Virus record (IMG/VR): IMGVR_UViG_3300014656_000015
DNA length: 64,000 nucleotides
Strand: one strand, 5' to 3'
Source of the DNA: a virus
Below are positions 8,781 through 17,588 of this stretch, in pieces. The notes under the pieces were generated by a model. That model was given only the letters and a program-made list of their open reading frames with translations, searched no databases and was not told the DNA's origin. Numbering within the stretch: position 1 is the stretch's first letter; every line of letters begins with the position of its first letter. Both the position numbers and the translations under genes were made by a program.

Positions 8781-11764
8781 GGCTCCCTGGCTCGGTAGTA
8801 GTCTACCACTTCAAGCGCAGCCTCGTCCTCCATATCCATCCTGGAGTACAACGGATCCTCATCGCTCAGAATGGAGGCAACGAGCCGGGCACCACCTGGA
8901 ATCGAGGAGCCGTCGATGCTCGTGCTCTCGTTCAGATCGTTGGTGACAAGAGCAGAGATCGCGTCCTGCGCCGCGCCGGCATAGGACGAGGTCCGGGCCG
9001 AGGCGTGCAACAGGTCCTGGACCCGAAGATCGAGCAGGAGGTCGGCGGCACGGTCATAGCCGTGCTCCGTGAGCAGGTTCACGGCCGAGTCGACCTGACC
9101 AACCCGCCGGCCATCGTAGGTGTCCACCACGGCACGCAACGCAACGAGACGGGCCTTGAGCTGGGTAAGACGTGCGTGGATCACATCCACCGCATCACGT
9201 CCGGTCTCGGCCAGCAGCACACGGGCCAGGGCACGATCCAGGTCCGTGAGCTCGGTGTACGGGGGCAGCGTATCCCGCTGCCACAGCTCGAGCGCGGCGA
9301 CAAGCTGAGCAAAGGCCAGGGCCCAGGCCGCCTCTATCGAGAAGCCGGTGGTGGAGAGCGTGAACTGGGAGGAGAGGTACGGGGTCACCCCTAGCACACC
9401 GGAGCCCGCGGTAGCAATGCTCGAGATCCGGGCCTGCTCGACCCGGACCCCGTTCATCAGGCTGTCATCCACCCCGACCCGGATCGGAGTCAGGTCCATC
9501 GGAGCCCAGCCGTGCACCGGGTCATCACGTTCCACGATCACGGAGGCCGAGGTGGAGCGGATAACCGCATCGGACAGGCCAAGCAGGGCACGGGCCGAGG
9601 TGGCCGGGTCGTAGAGGTCGATGACCCCGGTAAGCCCGGCATCCTTCGAGACGAGGTGCAGCCGCTCCCGGTATACCAGAACGTGAAAGGTGAGGCCGAC
9701 CGTCGCGTCACGGAGCCTGCGGTCCAACGGAAGCTCAAGCAGGCCCGCGGCATGGGTGGGGGCAGCGGAGAGGCCGTAGGTCCCACCGTTGTCCCCACCG
9801 GTAACGGCAACCTTAAGCTCGGTGTACGCGGGCCAGTCCGTAGTGGGGTCCTCGGCCAACGGCACCCGGATCGCGTCGAATGGGACCGCACCCACCCGAT
9901 ACGCCTGCAACGCGTCCAGATACCGATCCGCGACACGGGAGGCCAGCGCACCGGCGGCAAAGGTAGCATCCGAGTTGAGACGCTGCGCCACGACGCTGAA
10001 CGAGACGTCCTTCTCCCGTACATCGTCCCCATCGGAGAAGCCGAGAGTGGGCAATGCGAGAAGTGACGGCTTTGCCAGGCCGGCCCGAGGGTCCGGCGCG
10101 ACGCGTACCCCCTCGGAACGTACCGTGACAACGGAGCCCTCCCCCCAGAGCAGGGATCGAAGCACGATCTGCCCCGAAGCAACGTCCCCCTGGAGGCTCT
10201 CCCCGGCCGCCACCATGGCCCCGGTCACGTCGGCAGCCACCCCCGCCGCCGTCACCTGGTAGCTGGGCCAGGCACCCGGAGTCAACGTGACGATCACCGG
10301 AGTGGGGCGGTCATTAGGCTGTATCCAGAGCTCATTGTTTGCATCCCAGCCCCTGGTCCTGGTCTCCGGCGTGCTCCCGTTCACGGTCCAGGGCCCGAGC
10401 GCGGTTGCGTAGTCGAACCCGGTGCAAACCTGGATGTGGCGGTCCCGATAGAACGGGGTATTGGCGCCGTTCTGATAGGAGATGCTGACCCGGTTCCCGA
10501 CAGCGGTGGCCAGGATCGGAGAGGCTGGGGTCCAGCCCGCCGCGGCCACATTGATGTCGTTGGCCACCGTCGCCGCGGCCACTGCGGCCCCGTTCGTCAG
10601 CACCACCTCCCGGACATCACCGTCTATGAGCAGGTGCAGGATCTCGCCGCTGGCACCGGCAAAGATGTTGAAGGGGCCGTTCGCGGTGATGATGGGATGG
10701 GGCAACGCCAGGTCCCCGCCGACTGCGAAGGGCTCCTTCTTCCTCCCCATCGTCTCGGCCCGGGCCACCCCGGGGACATCGGATAACGCCCCACCCCCGA
10801 CAAGGAGAACATCGAAGGGGCCGACCCCATTCAGGTCGTTTATCCCGAGGCTGTCGGTAACGGTCTCCACCAGCTTGTAGGGGGCGCTGAGACCGCCGAG
10901 CAGGGACGGGGCCAGGCCCGGACCGTACGCCCGGACCCGGTACTCCGGAGTCGCGCTGATGCCTTGGTGCAGCCGGGGCTGCCCCGGCACGCGGCGATCC
11001 GCTACCCCACGGAGCACGGAACGATTGGCCAGCACACCGAGTGCCGAGGACCGTGCGATCAACCGACGCTCCGATGGATCCAGACTCTCCAGGTCACCCC
11101 GGATCGTCTCCAGCTCCTGCCGTGCCCTGGCAATCTGGTTCCCAGCCACGCTGCGCACCAGGTCCGAGGCCAGGAACGCCTCGAGCGAGCCCGTTATGGT
11201 CGGGAGTCCAGCCAGGACCAGCGCGTGCGTGCTCTGAAGAAGTCGGAGGAGCGTGCGCACGATGCCCCGAGCCTCCTCCCTGGGCCGGACCACGTCGGTC
11301 ACCGTCTCGGAGGAGCCGCGGGGCACATAGCTCTGCCGAACCGCCTCGGCCAGATCACGTAGGGCTCGGTCCGTGGCTCGGGTATACCTCCGGTACTCCG
11401 ACCCGGAGACGGAGCCGCTTCGGGCCAGCGCACTGTCCATCCGCAGCAGTGCCGCCGCGGCCTCCCGGAGACCCTCGACACGAACGATCGGACGGGCCGA
11501 CACCGCCAGATCATCGACAACCGACAGCATCTGATCCAGGACCGAGATCTCGGAGGATACGGTGAGGCGGAAACGGTTCAAGCCGAGGCGGATCACGTAG
11601 AAGATGGCGTCGGGCTCGTACAGCAGAACCGAGCTCACCGTCTCCACCACGTCACGGTGCACCAGACTCCGGTCAATGGACGACAGCGCTCCCCGCTCAT
11701 AGCGGAGGGTCCCCCGCACCAGCGGCGTAACGGCAGCCGTGAGCTCAGTCGGTTCGAACCCCAT
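8777..11764 (-). CDS. large virion structural protein
   Basis: 995-aa ORF in the structural operon; helical ends, beta-rich middle. Confidence 0.6.
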   Translation of the reverse strand: MGFEPTELTAAVTPLVRGTLRYERGALSSIDRSLVHRDVVETVSSVLLYEPDAIFYVIRLGLNRFRLTVSSEISVLDQMLSVVDDLAVSARPIVRVEGLREAAAALLRMDSALARSGSVSGSEYRRYTRATDRALRDLAEAVRQSYVPRGSSETVTDVVRPREEARGIVRTLLRLLQSTHALVLAGLPTITGSLEAFLASDLVRSVAGNQIARARQELETIRGDLESLDPSERRLIARSSALGVLANRSVLRGVADRRVPGQPRLHQGISATPEYRVRAYGPGLAPSLLGGLSAPYKLVETVTDSLGINDLNGVGPFDVLLVGGGALSDVPGVARAETMGRKKEPFAVGGDLALPHPIITANGPFNIFAGASGEILHLLIDGDVREVVLTNGAAVAAATVANDINVAAAGWTPASPILATAVGNRVSISYQNGANTPFYRDRHIQVCTGFDYATALGPWTVNGSTPETRTRGWDANNELWIQPNDRPTPVIVTLTPGAWPSYQVTAAGVAADVTGAMVAAGESLQGDVASGQIVLRSLLWGEGSVVTVRSEGVRVAPDPRAGLAKPSLLALPTLGFSDGDDVREKDVSFSVVAQRLNSDATFAAGALASRVADRYLDALQAYRVGAVPFDAIRVPLAEDPTTDWPAYTELKVAVTGGDNGGTYGLSAAPTHAAGLLELPLDRRLRDATVGLTFHVLVYRERLHLVSKDAGLTGVIDLYDPATSARALLGLSDAVIRSTSASVIVERDDPVHGWAPMDLTPIRVGVDDSLMNGVRVEQARISSIATAGSGVLGVTPYLSSQFTLSTTGFSIEAAWALAFAQLVAALELWQRDTLPPYTELTDLDRALARVLLAETGRDAVDVIHARLTQLKARLVALRAVVDTYDGRRVGQVDSAVNLLTEHGYDRAADLLLDLRVQDLLHASARTSSYAGAAQDAISALVTNDLNESTSIDGSSIPGGARLVASILSDEDPLYSRMDMEDEAALEVVDYYRAREP

Positions 11765-12113
11765 TGCCCCCTGCGCCTCGTGTCCTGGGCATGGTCTGCA
11801 GCCGCTGCCGCAGCGCCTCGTAGGAGCCCTGCTCGTTCAGACCCATATGGATCACCCGAGCCGTCTGTTCATGGGACCAGCCGAGCACTTCACACATCCA
11901 GGCAAAGGTGTAGGGTTGGTCCTCATCCGCCGGATGGTAACAGAAGACCCAGTCGAACGCGTCCCGATACAACGGGGATCGTTTTCCCTGTCTCCGGTAG
12001 TTCACCAGGTCCCGGATGGTCCGAAACATCACGGCGGTACACACCTCGAGAAGCACCTCGCGCTCCTCCTCCCGACACGCATACTCCTCATCGCGATAAT
12101 CCACTATGATCAA
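11745..12113 (-). CDS. hypothetical protein
   Basis: Coupled ORF with protein-like composition. Confidence 0.65.
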   Translation of the reverse strand: MIIVDYRDEEYACREEEREVLLEVCTAVMFRTIRDLVNYRRQGKRSPLYRDAFDWVFCYHPADEDQPYTFAWMCEVLGWSHEQTARVIHMGLNEQGSYEALRQRLQTMPRTRGAGGNGVRTD

Positions 12114-13060
12114 CTCACTGTGACCGCCAGCGGTGTATAGAGTGTGGGCTCTTCGGGCACCGTTACTATGCTCAGATCGACCCGGGTCGCCGTGATCGTG
12201 GTGGACCCGACCCCGACCCCGGTCACCCGAAGCGCACCGTCCACAACACCGGCCGTGGCCACCGCCTCGTCGTCGGAGGCGAAGCGCACATCGAGGTCGT
12301 CCGGATCCAGGTCCCGACCATCGGTGGACCGAATGGTGAGCGTGACATCCACATAGGCCCCTGCCATCACCGCCACCGGATCCGGACTGAAGCCGACCTC
12401 GTGCACCACCGGGAAGAGCAGGTGCATCAGGTTCACCGAGGACAGGTCGGGCACGGTCACGTGCCTGGGGCTGTCCATGAAGCCCTCCAACACGGCCCAG
12501 TACTCCGCGTCTCGGAACAGGTCCGTCAGGATCAAACCATCGGCGTCGGAGCGCAGCAGGAGCTTGCCGCCAACCACACCGCGATCATCCACGATGAGGG
12601 GGTCCCGGCACGTCTCGTCACTGCTCCAGCTTGCCGGGGACAGGTGCAGCGAGATCCCCTCGACAGGCTGGTTGGACTGATCGACCATGATGGCACTGCA
12701 TCGACACAACCTGGGGTCCGTAGCCACCGGAATGCTGTAGGTCTGCCCCTGAACCTGGAAGTAGTTGGTCCCGGTTGGCGATAGTGTCGGCGGCGAGTAG
12801 ATCGAGATGCTCTGCGGCGTCGCGCTGTCCGCCCCCAACGATCCGTCGAAGGACACCGAGGTCTTGCTCAACCGAATCGTGTAGGCCGTGGGCGGGTCGG
12901 ACCCGTCGAGCATGAGCTCGCAGTAGGCTTCGAGCCCCACCAGGACGGTCACGTTCTCCGTCACCAGGGCCCCAAGCCCGTCATAGGCCCGGACCCGAAC
13001 CCCGATCAGCGGGCTCGAGGACTCATCTATCGCGTAGACCCGTACCGTCTCCAGAGCCAC
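12110..13060 (-). CDS. virion protein with C-terminal Ig-like (Big_2) domain
   Basis: FASDDEAVATA...G...VTGVGVGSTTITAT is the Big_2 pattern. Confidence 0.65.
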   Translation of the reverse strand: MALETVRVYAIDESSSPLIGVRVRAYDGLGALVTENVTVLVGLEAYCELMLDGSDPPTAYTIRLSKTSVSFDGSLGADSATPQSISIYSPPTLSPTGTNYFQVQGQTYSIPVATDPRLCRCSAIMVDQSNQPVEGISLHLSPASWSSDETCRDPLIVDDRGVVGGKLLLRSDADGLILTDLFRDAEYWAVLEGFMDSPRHVTVPDLSSVNLMHLLFPVVHEVGFSPDPVAVMAGAYVDVTLTIRSTDGRDLDPDDLDVRFASDDEAVATAGVVDGALRVTGVGVGSTTITATRVDLSIVTVPEEPTLYTPLAVTVS

Positions 13061-13062
13061 GA

Positions 13063-13353
13063 CTACCTCCGTGCCGCTGCCTGGATATGAGCAGCATTGG
13101 GGTCGGCCCCAGGCAACAGAATCGGCAGGGCCGTCACGCCACGCGCCGAGAGGGCCATTCCGAGCTGGGCCCGGGTGACCTCACGCATCTGAGCCAGCTC
13201 ACGGGACCGAGCCTCGTCCTCCGTCCGGGACCTCTGTTCCACTCCCTGGGCCCGGGTCCGGGTCCTGACCTCCTCAAGATCAGCCTCACGGGCCGCGCTG
13301 CGAGCCAGGGCGAAGAGGGTGTCGACCCGTACCTTTCCACTCAACGGCTCCAT
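13063..13353 (-). CDS. hypothetical protein
   Basis: TGATG coupling with upstream gene. Confidence 0.6.
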   Translation of the reverse strand: MEPLSGKVRVDTLFALARSAAREADLEEVRTRTRAQGVEQRSRTEDEARSRELAQMREVTRAQLGMALSARGVTALPILLPGADPNAAHIQAAARR

Positions 13354-14315
13354 CAGGACCTCCTCACTGCGCTCGGAATCGAGATCTCCTGGATCTGGAA
13401 CATGTCGTCGGCGGCTGCCACGGCCGCCAGCAGATCGAGCTCGGTGCCCGAGGACGGGACCGTGATCCGTCTCGTGATACCGGTACCCACGATGCTGACC
13501 TCAAGCTGGAGGCCATGGATCAGAGCCGTCTCGGCGTAACCCGTTTCGTCCGTCTCCAGCTCGAGATCGGTACCCAGCGCGCCGACATCACCCACAGCAA
13601 AGGTCGGGTCGAAGGTCACGTGCAGCGCGATCCGCTTCCCGACCAGCGCCCTACCATCAGCCTCGGACAGGTAGACGTAGCCCAGCAGAAGATCCCCAGG
13701 ATCCAGAGCCAGGATCATGTCACCGGCCACGGACAGGCTCGTCTCGGAGTATGCACCGGAGACGCTGTTGTAGTAACGGGCCGCGTAGTAGTAGTCCGCG
13801 TCCAGGGCTTGATCCGTGAAGGAGTAGCTCGTGGTGAGCGCCACCAGTGGTATCCTGGCCTCCTCACCGAGATCCTCCTGATCCGCCTCGAAGCCAAGTT
13901 GGTCCAGCGCGGTGCCACCAGTGATGACAAGGGAGGACCCGGTCCCGGTCGTGCTGCTCGTGAGCCGCACCGTCTCCAAGACATTGGAGGCCACGGCCCC
14001 GGTCAGGCCGGCGTTGATCAGATCCAGCGCGTTGTCGGCGCTGATAGGATCCGAGCTCACGAAGCTCACGGTCTGCTCCGCACCGCCATCGACCCGCACT
14101 ACCAGGGTCTTCCCATTCAGATTGAAGGGTCCCTCCTCGGTCCCGGTCAGGATGGCAGGGGTCAGGGTGGCGGCAGTGATCTCCTCCCAGGTCCCATCCT
14201 CCCCATCCGTACTGTCCACGGACCGAAAGACCTGGATCCGGTCGTAGAGCACCATGACGTCAGCAAGAAACGCCACGTGGATACGATCCCTGGACAGCAT
14301 GTAGGGGCGCAGCAT
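13353..14315 (-). CDS. putative structural protein
   Basis: 320 aa, acidic and beta-rich; LTS.TTG.GSSL.I.GGTA...LGF segment recurs in tail proteins. Confidence 0.55.
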   Translation of the reverse strand: MLRPYMLSRDRIHVAFLADVMVLYDRIQVFRSVDSTDGEDGTWEEITAATLTPAILTGTEEGPFNLNGKTLVVRVDGGAEQTVSFVSSDPISADNALDLINAGLTGAVASNVLETVRLTSSTTGTGSSLVITGGTALDQLGFEADQEDLGEEARIPLVALTTSYSFTDQALDADYYYAARYYNSVSGAYSETSLSVAGDMILALDPGDLLLGYVYLSEADGRALVGKRIALHVTFDPTFAVGDVGALGTDLELETDETGYAETALIHGLQLEVSIVGTGITRRITVPSSGTELDLLAAVAAADDMFQIQEISIPSAVRRS

Positions 14316-14318
14316 TGG

Positions 14319-14990
14319 CTACCTCGACGAAGCATCGGCCGCAACGGGCCGAAGATTCAGGGAGATCGGGACCTGTCTCTTGTCCCGATCCTCATGCTCC
14401 CGATTCTCCAGCATCTCCTTCAGACCACGAACCTCCCGCAGGACCGGACCCAGATCCATGCCTCTCTCCAGCTTGGTCAACCGATCATCCAGCTGCTTGT
14501 AACCACTCCGATAGAACTCCCGGTTGTTCGCCACCTGCGTATTGATGGAGGCGGCGAACCAGACCGCGGCAAATACAAAGCCTAGCATCCCAAGAAGGGA
14601 GAGGATGAGGTTCCATCGTCTTGACGACATATTCCTACTCGCTTCCTTGAGTGTGGTGACACCCTGCTCCAGGGCCACCAACGCCGTGGCATGGGCCGCT
14701 GTCAACTCCTCCAGCTCGGCTCGATCCTGTCGCAAGTCGGTGATGACCGCCTCCTGGATACAGACGTGTCCCTGATCCACCCGACGCTCGGCCCGGTCCA
14801 GCCGATCCCGGAGTCCGGTGAGCTCGGTGCGAACCTCGGCCATGCTTACCAGGGTCCGTTCCACATGCGGCTTGAGCTCCTTGACCATTTCATTCGTAGA
14901 GACGGCAATGTTCTTGAGATCAATGAACTCCTGGGACCCCCCGTCCCTCAGCTCGTCCCTGCTCCTTTTGGGTGTTCCTGGCATTGGCAT
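14319..14990 (-). CDS. coiled-coil membrane protein (single TM)
   Basis: Heptad stretches flanking hydrophobic WNLILSLLGMLGFVFAAVWFAA. Confidence 0.6.
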   Translation of the reverse strand: MPMPGTPKRSRDELRDGGSQEFIDLKNIAVSTNEMVKELKPHVERTLVSMAEVRTELTGLRDRLDRAERRVDQGHVCIQEAVITDLRQDRAELEELTAAHATALVALEQGVTTLKEASRNMSSRRWNLILSLLGMLGFVFAAVWFAASINTQVANNREFYRSGYKQLDDRLTKLERGMDLGPVLREVRGLKEMLENREHEDRDKRQVPISLNLRPVAADASSR

Positions 14991-14993
14991 CTC

Positions 14994-15404
14994 CTAGTAC
15001 CAGCCACCCTTGGCGGCCTGATAGTCGAGCTCCTTCTTGAAGACCGGAATCGCCGTGGCGAACATGGTGCCCGTTATGACAGAACGTAGTGCCTTGCGCC
15101 CGAGATGTTTTGGGCTCTTGATCGCCTTCAGGATCTCCTCCGGAGAGTTCTCGATCAAGCCCGCTATGGACTGGGACATCCCGGTGGCCGCGGTCCCGGC
15201 CAGTGCGTACCGTGCATACTGGCCCGGGGTCATGCGGCGCCCCAGCAACGCCTCGAGCTCCTGGTCTCGCCGGCTCTTCGGCTTCACAGACTTCAAGGTC
15301 TCCTTGAGGTTTTTGCGCTCCCTCTGCGTCAACCCCGAAGCAGCAGCCTTGGTCATCGTAGCCATCTCGTACGCCATCTCCTGGAGTCTGTCCAGCGTGA
15401 TCAT
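14994..15404 (-). CDS. hypothetical protein
   Basis: Coupled ORF; N-terminal MTKAAA motif. Confidence 0.65.
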   Translation of the reverse strand: MITLDRLQEMAYEMATMTKAAASGLTQRERKNLKETLKSVKPKSRRDQELEALLGRRMTPGQYARYALAGTAATGMSQSIAGLIENSPEEILKAIKSPKHLGRKALRSVITGTMFATAIPVFKKELDYQAAKGGWY

Positions 15405-15616
15405 GGAGTATCCCCCTCCAGGAACGCCTGGACCTCTTCCTCGAGCAGGGCAGATGCCTCCGAGGTCACGTAGTCACCGAGCTGCCCACCACCGGTCCGA
15501 CCCGATAGCACCGAGGTCAGGAAGTCCGTATCGGCGCGCAACCGTGCGGTCTCGCGCTGCGCCCACTCATCGACCCGCTCCTTCAACGCGGTGAGCCTTT
15601 CGTCCCTCGTCGTCAT
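15401..15616 (-). CDS. hypothetical protein
   Basis: TGATG/ATGA coupling on both sides. Confidence 0.6.
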   Translation of the reverse strand: MTTRDERLTALKERVDEWAQRETARLRADTDFLTSVLSGRTGGGQLGDYVTSEASALLEEEVQAFLEGDTP

Positions 15617-16368
15617 CAGTAGTACCTCTTGACCTTCGCCGCGATGCTGGCCTTGATCCTGCTGACCCTGGATGGGGTCATGTTGTACCGCGTGGCAATC
15701 TCACCGGGCTTCAGCTGCTGCTTGCCCCCGGCGCCCAGGAGGTGTTCGTACACCAGCTTCTCCTCCGATGTCAGATCGTAGGGTATGAGCCGCATCAGCT
15801 CCGCGGCCTGCGACGGCATGTTCTCGATCGAGGTCACCGGGACATGGGAGAAGGGCACGTCACGGACCAGCTCGGACTCCAGGGCCGAGACCTGGGATAC
15901 GGGCCAGTGCAGGGCATCCGCCATCTCATGTGAGTTGGGCTCCCGCCCCAGCTGGTTCGACAGCCGGTCCTTCGCATTCTGGAACTCGGTGATCTTGTAG
16001 ATCCGACTCTCCCCGATCCTCCCGACGTTCTGATAGGTAGTGATGAACCGCTTGGCCCGGTTCAGCTGATGCGTGAGGTACGTGTTCAACGCCGCCTTCT
16101 GCGGTTTATATGTATGCAACGCCTGGATGGCACGGATCTGGAACTCGGCGTGGATCGCGGCGGGCGGGATGCTTACCTTGCCCGCGTACACATTGCTCTG
16201 TTTCCGCACCAAGGGGGCCAGCTGGCTCATGAGGGGCTCCAGGTCCTGCGCCTGTCGACCCCCCTGGTCCCACCGCTGCCAGAGCTCCAGGTCCTTCTGG
16301 GAACGGGCCGTGGCCGCCTCCTTGACCCGGAGCTCATCCTCCCGCAGGAAGTCGGTTACCGCATTCAC
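15616..16368 (-). CDS. RNA polymerase sigma-70-family factor (FliA/WhiG-like architecture)
   Basis: Region 2 (LAPLVRK...AIQALHTYKP.K..LNTY), region 3 (LGREPNSHEMADAL), region 4 HTH (GEIATRYNMTPSRVSRIK). Confidence 0.85.
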   Translation of the reverse strand: MNAVTDFLREDELRVKEAATARSQKDLELWQRWDQGGRQAQDLEPLMSQLAPLVRKQSNVYAGKVSIPPAAIHAEFQIRAIQALHTYKPQKAALNTYLTHQLNRAKRFITTYQNVGRIGESRIYKITEFQNAKDRLSNQLGREPNSHEMADALHWPVSQVSALESELVRDVPFSHVPVTSIENMPSQAAELMRLIPYDLTSEEKLVYEHLLGAGGKQQLKPGEIATRYNMTPSRVSRIKASIAAKVKRYY

Positions 16369-17567
16369 GACTCTTTCCTCGAGCCCATTATACGACGTAG
16401 CTGCCTCCGGAGTCGGTTGAAGCGCGGAACACTCGACAGCAGGAGACGTTCCGCCCTCCGCACCTCCGGTACCTCACCGGTCCGTCGGATCAGATCAAGG
16501 GTCTGATCGTCCAGATCCTCCAGCCCCCAGTCACCACCTTCCTTCATCAGCTCCGGGTCCGTCTTGTCCAGGTGCCAGCCCTGGAAGCTGGGGGCGCGCA
16601 ACGCACCGAGCTGGCTCGGGTCCTGCCGATTCTGGAACGCTTCGGCAGAACGCACCCGAGCCACCCGACCCACGAAACGATCCGAGTTCTGCATCATCTC
16701 CTTGCGCAGGGACTGGCTAAACCCGGTACCGACCCGGCCCACAACGGGGGAATTCGTATCCCAGGAGTAGAGCAGGGCGCCGGCCTCCCCCGGCTTCTTG
16801 CCAGGTAACACACCCCGAATCACAACATCATGATCGGGCCGGAACACGGCCTTGGTCGGGGGCGCGGCAGTTTCCAGGTCACGCAGCACCACACCCTCCC
16901 TCGTCATGGGCAGCTGGCCAGAACGGATACGTTCCAGGAGCTGTGCCTTGTCCGCGGGCCGAACCGCGGTCAACGGGGCCTCGATGCGTCCCTTCGTGGC
17001 CCGCTGCACCGCCTCGAGGACCCGCTGCTTCTCCGCGTAGGGCCTGTCCTCAAAGGTCTTACCCCGATGCCGGACCACGTCGTGGGCCATGAGCCGGAGC
17101 CGAACCCCCAACTCCTTCTGCTTCTCCCGGCTCGTCAGCACCGTACTGTTGAGGAGCCCGCCGAGCTGGTTGACCGGAATCGCCTTGCCCCCAGCATCGG
17201 TGGCGTAGAGCTCGGCCCGGAGCAGGGTCCCCTTCGTCTTCGGGGTACCCCGCAAGTTCTGGAAGTCAGGCAACTTGAAGGTATGCTCGATCAGACCGGT
17301 GTCACCCCGCTTCGGCTGGCGGTAGGAGTAGACCCGAGCCATATGATCGGGTCCCTCAAGGTTGACCAGGACATGGGCCCCGTCCACCTTGGGCGTCATG
17401 ACCTGGGTCTCATCCGCCAGGTCGATCTGATCCGGAGACACCTGTCGGTACTTCGGCTTCTCCCCAATGGGCAAGCGTTGGCCGGCCTGGGTGGCGAGGT
17501 TCCTGGTGACGTTGCGCAGGGCCCAGAGCGGGGTGCCCCTGGCATCCTCCGCGATCCGCTTCAGCAC
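16365..17567 (-). CDS. ATP-dependent DNA ligase (adenylation + OB domains); probably the C-terminal part of a larger frame starting at 20849
   Basis: Motif I PKVDG, III RAELY, IIIa AHDVV, IV EGVVLR, V KAVF, OB VGRVGTGFS. Confidence 0.85.
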   Translation of the reverse strand: MLKRIAEDARGTPLWALRNVTRNLATQAGQRLPIGEKPKYRQVSPDQIDLADETQVMTPKVDGAHVLVNLEGPDHMARVYSYRQPKRGDTGLIEHTFKLPDFQNLRGTPKTKGTLLRAELYATDAGGKAIPVNQLGGLLNSTVLTSREKQKELGVRLRLMAHDVVRHRGKTFEDRPYAEKQRVLEAVQRATKGRIEAPLTAVRPADKAQLLERIRSGQLPMTREGVVLRDLETAAPPTKAVFRPDHDVVIRGVLPGKKPGEAGALLYSWDTNSPVVGRVGTGFSQSLRKEMMQNSDRFVGRVARVRSAEAFQNRQDPSQLGALRAPSFQGWHLDKTDPELMKEGGDWGLEDLDDQTLDLIRRTGEVPEVRRAERLLLSSVPRFNRLRRQLRRIMGSRKES

Positions 17568-17588
17568 GAGCTCTTCCGATCGCTGACC

